Shown here piece by piece: positions 58,234 through 64,000 of a stretch of DNA of 64,000 bases (its first letter is position 1; every line of letters begins with the position of its first letter). Both the position numbers and the translations under genes were made by a program. Source of the stretch: Caecitellus pseudoparvulus (lineage: Eukaryota > Protista > Bigyra: Bicosoecida); contig CBFFRQ010000028.1 of assembly GCA_965644315.1 (NCBI GenBank), positions 62,001-126,000 of the forward strand, in the 5' to 3' direction. The notes below the pieces were generated by a model, which saw only the letters and a list, made by a program, of their open reading frames with translations, was not told the DNA's origin and did not search any database.

Positions 58234-59496
58234 ATGCTGGCAACGTCACGCAAGGCCTTGTGGCCTCTGTGCCGCAGGGCCTTCTCAACCTCCGCCGCCA
58301 GCAGCTCAGAACTTACCCTGCACCTGCCAAGCGAAGCTGCGCCAGCCTGCATGTCATGGGGCCTGCCCAGCGCCGAGCAAGTGGCTTCCGGGGAAGCCGC
58401 AGACCTGGACGTCTTCGTCTTCACGCACGCTGCAGGCCTGTGCAAGGAGCTGTGGGCGCCGGTGTGGACACACCTGCAGGCTGGACTAGCCGACGCTGGG
58501 CGGCGTGGCGCCTTCCTCGCCCTGGACGCTGTGGGTCACGGCGACACGCCAGAGGACGGCGCGGCAGGGCGTGACTGGCCCGTGTGGTACCTCTCTGCCC
58601 TGCGCAGTGCCATGCGCACGCACGTGCCGTGGGCAGGCCAGGGCGCCGGGCGCGTGACGGGTGTGGGGCACAGCTTCGGCAGCGTGCCGCTCATGCAGCA
58701 TGCGTGGGCGGCAGGGCAGGACCCCGCTGTGCTGGCAGCCCTGCCCCACCGCCCTGGCATGCCCTCCCTGTGCCCCATGACGCCCGCCTTCGACCACCTA
58801 GTGGTGGTGGAGCCGGTCATGGTGCCCGCCCTGCTGCCGCCCGAGGAGCAACACCGCGACAACGCCCTGTCTCGACAGGCCGAGCAGCGCAGGCCCAGCT
58901 TCCCAGACCTGCAGGCGGCAGTGGAGTACTTCTCCGCCAAGCCCCTCATGTCCACCTGGACGCCAGAGGCGGTGCAGCTGTACTGCCAGTTCACGCTACT
59001 GAAGGAGGAGGAGGGGCAGGCGACTGCGAACCTGCCTCTGTACGGCGGCAGCGTGGCGGGGGGGCAGGCGCCTCTCCTGGCGCTGTCCCAGGCGGACTGG
59101 GATGCCCCCGCCTCCACCGGCCCCGTGCACCTCAAGTGCCGGCCTGGCTTCGAAGCAGACTGCTACCGTGCCTACCACGAGCTGTGGCACATTATGCGGG
59201 CGGGGGCGGTGGACGACCAGCCCGCCCTCATGGGCTGCACTGGCACGGTGCTAGTGGGGGACCAGGGCTCAGTGTTCGCAGGGGAGGACAAGTGGCAGGT
59301 GCCGGGGGGGCACCTGGGCCTCTTCACCACCCTGGCGTCCCAGTGGGGCGTGCCCGGCATCACGCACGAGCCAGTGCGAGGCGCCCAGCACCGCGTCATG
59401 CCTGGCCTGGGGCACTTCATGGTTCAGGAGGACCCCGCCGCCATGGCCGGCGCCGTGCTGGACACGCTGCCAGTGGAGGTGCCCCCCGCTTCGTAG
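58234..59496 (+). CDS. Alpha/beta hydrolase (Abhydrolase_6-like), probably mitochondrial
   Basis: 'FTHAAG', 'ALDAVGHGDT', nucleophile elbow 'GHSFG', catalytic His 'LGHFMVQEDP'. Presequence MLATSRKALWPLCRRAFSTS. Confidence 0.88.
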   Translation: MLATSRKALWPLCRRAFSTSAASSSELTLHLPSEAAPACMSWGLPSAEQVASGEAADLDVFVFTHAAGLCKELWAPVWTHLQAGLADAGRRGAFLALDAVGHGDTPEDGAAGRDWPVWYLSALRSAMRTHVPWAGQGAGRVTGVGHSFGSVPLMQHAWAAGQDPAVLAALPHRPGMPSLCPMTPAFDHLVVVEPVMVPALLPPEEQHRDNALSRQAEQRRPSFPDLQAAVEYFSAKPLMSTWTPEAVQLYCQFTLLKEEEGQATANLPLYGGSVAGGQAPLLALSQADWDAPASTGPVHLKCRPGFEADCYRAYHELWHIMRAGAVDDQPALMGCTGTVLVGDQGSVFAGEDKWQVPGGHLGLFTTLASQWGVPGITHEPVRGAQHRVMPGLGHFMVQEDPAAMAGAVLDTLPVEVPPAS

Positions 59497-59507
59497 AGTG
59501 CATTGGC

Positions 59508-60104
59508 TCACTTGGTGAGCTTGGGGTGCAGGTGGCTGGCCTTGGCCAGACGGGCCATGGTCAGGGCTGTGCGACCCCAGTCTGGTCCGTGGTTCATGTG
59601 GGCCTTGCCGGGCACCAGCCCTGCTCGCAGCGTGGCCTGTGCTTCCTCTGTGCACGTCAGGACGCCAAAGACCACGGGCGTGTCGGTGTCCAGCTGCACG
59701 CGCATGATGCCCTGCGTCACCGCTTCGCAAATGTACTCGAAGTGCTTCGTGTCACCCTTGATCAGGCAGCCCACCGCGATGACGGCGTCCACGCCACTGC
59801 CATTGATGAGGCACTTGGCACCAAAGGGCAGCTCGTAGCTGCCTGGGACTTCCTGCAGCACGACGCTGGCGCCGCTGGCCTCCAGCTCGTCCTGGGCGCC
59901 CTTCACGAGAGCATCCACCACAGTGCGGTTCCACCGAGCATGCACGATGCCCACGCGCAGTCCCTTCCCGTCCACCTCTGCAGTGTGGCTCGCCTGCGAG
60001 GGGCATGACGTGCTCAGGAAGTACAGTCTCATGCACAAGCAAGCTCCAAGTCCCTGCCTCACCTTGACCTTCTCCACGCCACTAGGAGCTCCTTCGGCTG
60101 CCAT
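59508..60104 (-). CDS. RIB4: 6,7-dimethyl-8-ribityllumazine synthase
   Basis: 'GIVHARWN', 'VPGSYELP', 'GCLIKGDTKHFEYI', 'PVVFGVLT', 'NHG.DWG..A..M'. One 69-nt intron at 59994-60062. Confidence 0.95.
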   Translation of the reverse strand: MAAEGAPSGVEKVKVRQGLGACLCMRLYFLSTSCPSQASHTAEVDGKGLRVGIVHARWNRTVVDALVKGAQDELEASGASVVLQEVPGSYELPFGAKCLINGSGVDAVIAVGCLIKGDTKHFEYICEAVTQGIMRVQLDTDTPVVFGVLTCTEEAQATLRAGLVPGKAHMNHGPDWGRTALTMARLAKASHLHPKLTK

Positions 60105-60692
60105 GTTGTTTGCGGATTTTGATGCAACGAGGCAACCTGCGATGCCCAGCTGAGCGCGTCGCACAATCGAGCAGGGGCAAGCCCGGCACCTGTAATTCTC
60201 TTGCGTGTACTGTAGGCGTTCACTGCCACGATGTATATGCCCGCCACTGCAAACTGCTCGCGTGCAGCACGTTGGCAAGCATGCAAGCGTGGCAGGCTGC
60301 AACTCACGAGCAAACACGCCCGATGTGCAGCAGGCAGTGGAGGTCAAACCCACCGTACCCGGTTATGTCTGCCAGCAAAACCTTTCAGACATCGTTGCCT
60401 GGGCGCCAGCTGATCAGCCTGCTGGGCACAGGCTGTGCATGCAGCTCGCCTGGCTGTTATTCCGCACACCACGCCGGCTGCCTCGCGAAGGACTGCGCTC
60501 CGTGTTGAGGCTGCGGGCGGGACAGCACGAGCCAAGCGCCACATGCACTACATCGAGGCCCACCTGGACACGCAGCCATGCAGAAGACCGAAACAATCAA
60601 CCGCGATGACCCGGAAGCAGGTGAGAGCGTGCAGGGAGAGCGAGGCGCTTCGCAGAGCCGCACGATCAGCGGCCCCTAGTCGCTGGCGCGCC

Positions 60693-63600
60693 ATGTACAC
60701 AGCCGCAGGCCGCCCTGAGGGTGTGCCAGTGCCCCTCACTGCCCTTGGCGCCCTTCTCCCCGCTCAGCCATTGACTTCCGCTTCATCGTGGATGGCACCA
60801 TGCCACTGCCCAAGCGAGTCGTGGAGTATGCCGTTGACAAGCCCCTGGCGTCTCAGAGGTGAGTGGAGTGGTAGTCGGAGCAGCTCAGTACCTAGTTTGT
60901 GCTGACTACTCTCGCAGTGGGGCCTGACAGCCTCGTCTGCGGCAGCAGCGTGCCCTGTGCAGCGCCAGCAGCCGCACAGCGACTCCACACCACCATTGCA
61001 CCGATGGCGACGCCCCTGGCCCGCCTTCGCAGGGCTGCGCATGTGCGCATGATCACGGCAGCGTTGGAGCTTATCACGTGTGTTTCCGCTGCCACCCAGC
61101 CCCATGCTCCCTTGCCACGCGCGGCTTGACGCGTTGGCTCGGCGCTGCCCTGCGCAGGCTTCCTGAACTGGAGGCGATCTTGGACATCCTGCTCTCCATC
61201 ACCAAGGACACAGAGCCAGACTCCCGCATGAGTTTGGCCAGGCAGTTGCCCACCATTGTCAAGGTGCGCCTTGGCGGTGGCGCGTGCCCTGCCGCTGCAG
61301 CAACGCTGCAACGCAGCCTGCTCACGTTGCCATTCACGCCTGCGCAGAGCGTGCTGAAACATGCCGCGACGCTGGACGACGCCTGCACGCTGCTGTGTGA
61401 CAAAGTGCACCCGGCCCTGGAGGCGTTGTTGAAGGATGAAGGCGAAGCTGTGCGTGTGTCGCTGTGGCACGGCCACGAGAGCAACCCACCATGCACCGCC
61501 TTCCTCTGCTGCAGATCGGAGAAGAAGCCATCCAGGCGTTCGTGCGCATCTTCTGCATGACTGTGCACGAGACGACGTACGACATTTGGGACATGGTGGA
61601 GCGGTGCACGCACAGCAACCGAGAGGACGTGCGGGCCCGCGCAGCCGGCATGCTGTCAGGCGCAGTGAAGCACCTCACGTCCACGAACCTGGCTGTGACG
61701 AAACGCAAGGCCACGCAAAGCGCCCTGGGCGCCTTGTCTCCCACTCAACCCGACCAGGAGGAGGGCGCTGGAGCTGCGGGCAGCAGGCGGGGGCGTGGTG
61801 TGCCTGCGCCCCCCCCTCGCCGTGCACGGGCTGGCGGGTTGCCGGCCATGCCCAGCTTTGCGGAGGAGGGCGAGGGCGAGGGCGAGGGCGAGGACGCCTC
61901 CGAGGGCGAGCAGGGGGAGGAGGAGGACATTGTCCCCCCCCTGCTCTCCGAGCTGCACCAAGGCATGGACAGCGCGCCTGCGTCCCGGCGGTCCAGCCTG
62001 CCAGGCGCGTCGGCGGATGACCTGCCCGAGGTCATTCGGGTGGAGTTCCTGCAGCAGGCAGCCACGCTGTACATGACCCTGCTGAACGACATGGACCCCA
62101 TGGTGCAGATGGCAGCCCTGAGCCCCCCTGTCATCAGCAACGTCGTGGGGCTGCTCATCCTCATGCGGGGCCAGGGCGACGCGGGGGGCCTGGACACGCT
62201 CGCCTTCGTGCCGGAAGACGACCCCCCCGAGTACGACGACGGGTACTCCCCTTACATCGAGCGGGATGAGGAGGACCTGGAGCCGGACGAGGACGAAGAT
62301 GCCCTGGCGACGTCCCTTGCCTGGGTTGCCGCCCTGCCAGCAGTGGTGGAGGCAGAGAAGGCCAGCATGTTGGAAGCGCCCGCCGAGCTGGGCGGGGGGC
62401 AGTCCTTCACCGCCGTGTTCGTGGATGAAGATGCCCTGAGCGACTTTGAGGACGCGTGGGAGGGCGGCGACGGCGCTGGCGGCATCCAGTTCTGCGACGG
62501 CTTGGAGGAAGGCGCCGACCCCGCCCTGGACGAGTACTTCGGAGACGCCATGTGCGACGTGGACAGGGACAACCGGGGCGAAGTGGCCCTGGCCCGCGCC
62601 CTGCGCCGCCTGGGGGCAGAGGAGTCACCCATGGTCCGTGCCAGCGTGGCCAAGGCCCTGCCTGAGGTGGCTCACGCCCTCCCCGACGCCATTCGCCGCA
62701 CCACGCTGCGCCACCTGCTTGTGCGCCTGGCCTGCGACGAGCACAGTGACGTGCGCGTGGCTGCAGCAGCAGCCACAGGGCGCATGATCACCGCCTTTGC
62801 CGTAGAGGCGGCCATTCCGCAGGGCGGCGGGCTGGGCCCCCTATGCGCCTCCATGTCCCCCCTGTCCCCCACTCTGAACCCGGCAGCCCTCACCTTTGCA
62901 GACGCCAACAACGACACTGGCGTGCCTCTCACCCTGCTCGCAGCCTTCGCGCTGTCTGCACGCGGGCTGCACTGCACCAAGCAGCGCATCGCCGCCGTCG
63001 TGTCGGCAAGCCTGGCTTTCACACGTCTCTCTGCCCGGCACGCGGCGCTGCACCCAGAGGAGTCGGCGATGTCTCCGCAGGGTGGCGTCGCCTCTTCCTC
63101 AGGCTCCTCCACTGACAGCGACAGCGACAGCGACAGCGACAGCGAGGGTGACTCCGCTGCCAGCCACAGCTCGAGCGGCAGCCTACAAGACGGCTTTGAC
63201 CTGGAGGAGCTGGATGCCGAGGCAGACTCCCCTCGAGGGCGCTCGCGCTCGTACACGCTGCGTGGTCGGAACAGGGAAGAGGCCGAGTCCGAAGCAGCCA
63301 AGAACGCAGACTTGCGCGCTGCTGCCAAGAGCAGTGGCGGCGGCAAGGGCGCGTCTGCTTCAGCCCCGGCGGACGATGGCGAGGGCGAAGGCGACTACGG
63401 GCTGTGGACCACCCACGACAAGCTGCAGACTGCCGTCGCACACACCCTGCCTGCCTTGGTGCTGACCCTGGGCGTGCCAGCATGGCATGACATCCTGCGC
63501 CGGACTCTGCCTGGGCCGACCCCCCGCGTACCAGCGGCGGTGCGAGAGGCAGCCGCAGCGGCGCAGTGGCCCGCCACTGTGCCCTGCACTACACCGCTGT

Positions 63601-64000
63601 CCCTGCACTTCCTGTCCACGGCTGTGGCGCAGCAGGAGGAGCCGTGCCTGGCCGTCACCTCCACAGTGCTGGCTGGCGCCCACGAAGCGGCACGGGAGCT
63701 GCGGCACTGCCCCCCAGCCCTGGCCGTGTTTGAGGGCGTGCTGCGGCAAGCCCTGGGTCCCGAGCGGTTCAGGTGGCCCACGCTGCAGCAGCGTGCTCTG
63801 GACGCCTTGCCCCGCGTACTGCAGTGGACCACGCACCAAGACCACGTCTCCTTGACCAGCAGCCTGTACCAGATGGTGCAGCCTGCGCAGTGCCAGGTGT
63901 GGCGCACGCGCTGGAAACTGGCCAGCCTGCTGCCCACCTTGACCCTCATCATGAGTCCGCGGGCCCTGGCTCTGCGCCTGCTGCCCCTCTGCAACATCCT
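60693..64000 (+). CDS. HEAT-repeat phosphatase scaffold (PPP4R1/PP2A-A-like), runs off window
   Basis: HEAT motifs 'KDTEPDSRMSLARQLP', 'EDVRARAA', 'PMVRASVAKALPEVA', 'DEHSDVRVAAA', 'WRTRWKLASLLP'. Multi-exon; start inferred. Confidence 0.75.
63114..63144 (+). repeat. (GACAGC)n coding microsatellite (Ser-Asp)
   Basis: Five tandem hexamers inside the HEAT-protein CDS. Confidence 0.85.

Noticed and set aside
1-64000. Prokaryotic origin or operon-based defence system
   Set aside because: Spliceosomal introns and eukaryote-specific genes (PRPF4, ERD2, COMMD5, HYOU1) occur throughout.

Overview
High-GC, very gene-dense eukaryotic nuclear DNA. It has short ~50-100 nt GT-AG introns, and several convergent genes lie only 5-50 bp apart. 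The organism is most likely a flagellated heterotrophic stramenopile-like protist (inference from gene content). About 22 host genes can be read, in order: COMMD5, PIH1-domain protein, alpha2-delta-like vWA/Cache protein, bacterial-type cupin, UMP-CMP kinase with a CaMKII-hub-like tail, tandem GT31 glycosyltransferase, pseudo-SNF2/FHA protein, DUF3712-like protein, ankyrin protein, 'GKW..PMRISKK'-type domain protein, PRPF4, HYOU1, ERD2, EF-hand Kv channel, two hypothetical proteins, Ser/Thr kinase, EFHB, RAB3GAP2-N, alpha/beta hydrolase, lumazine synthase and a HEAT-repeat phosphatase scaffold. A ~10 kb lower-GC island (~28.4-38.6 kb) sits between PRPF4 and HYOU1. It carries three related hairpin-forming repeats, a Helitron RepHel fragment and a decayed hAT transposase. 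It also carries one intact 3-exon gene (~1380 aa) with Crinkler/RHS-type P-loop NTPase + PD-(D/E)xK nuclease architecture and an N-terminus that looks like a mitochondrial presequence. This gene is the best candidate for a new system. All assignments are by motif recognition; no database searches were run, and exon boundaries are manual.
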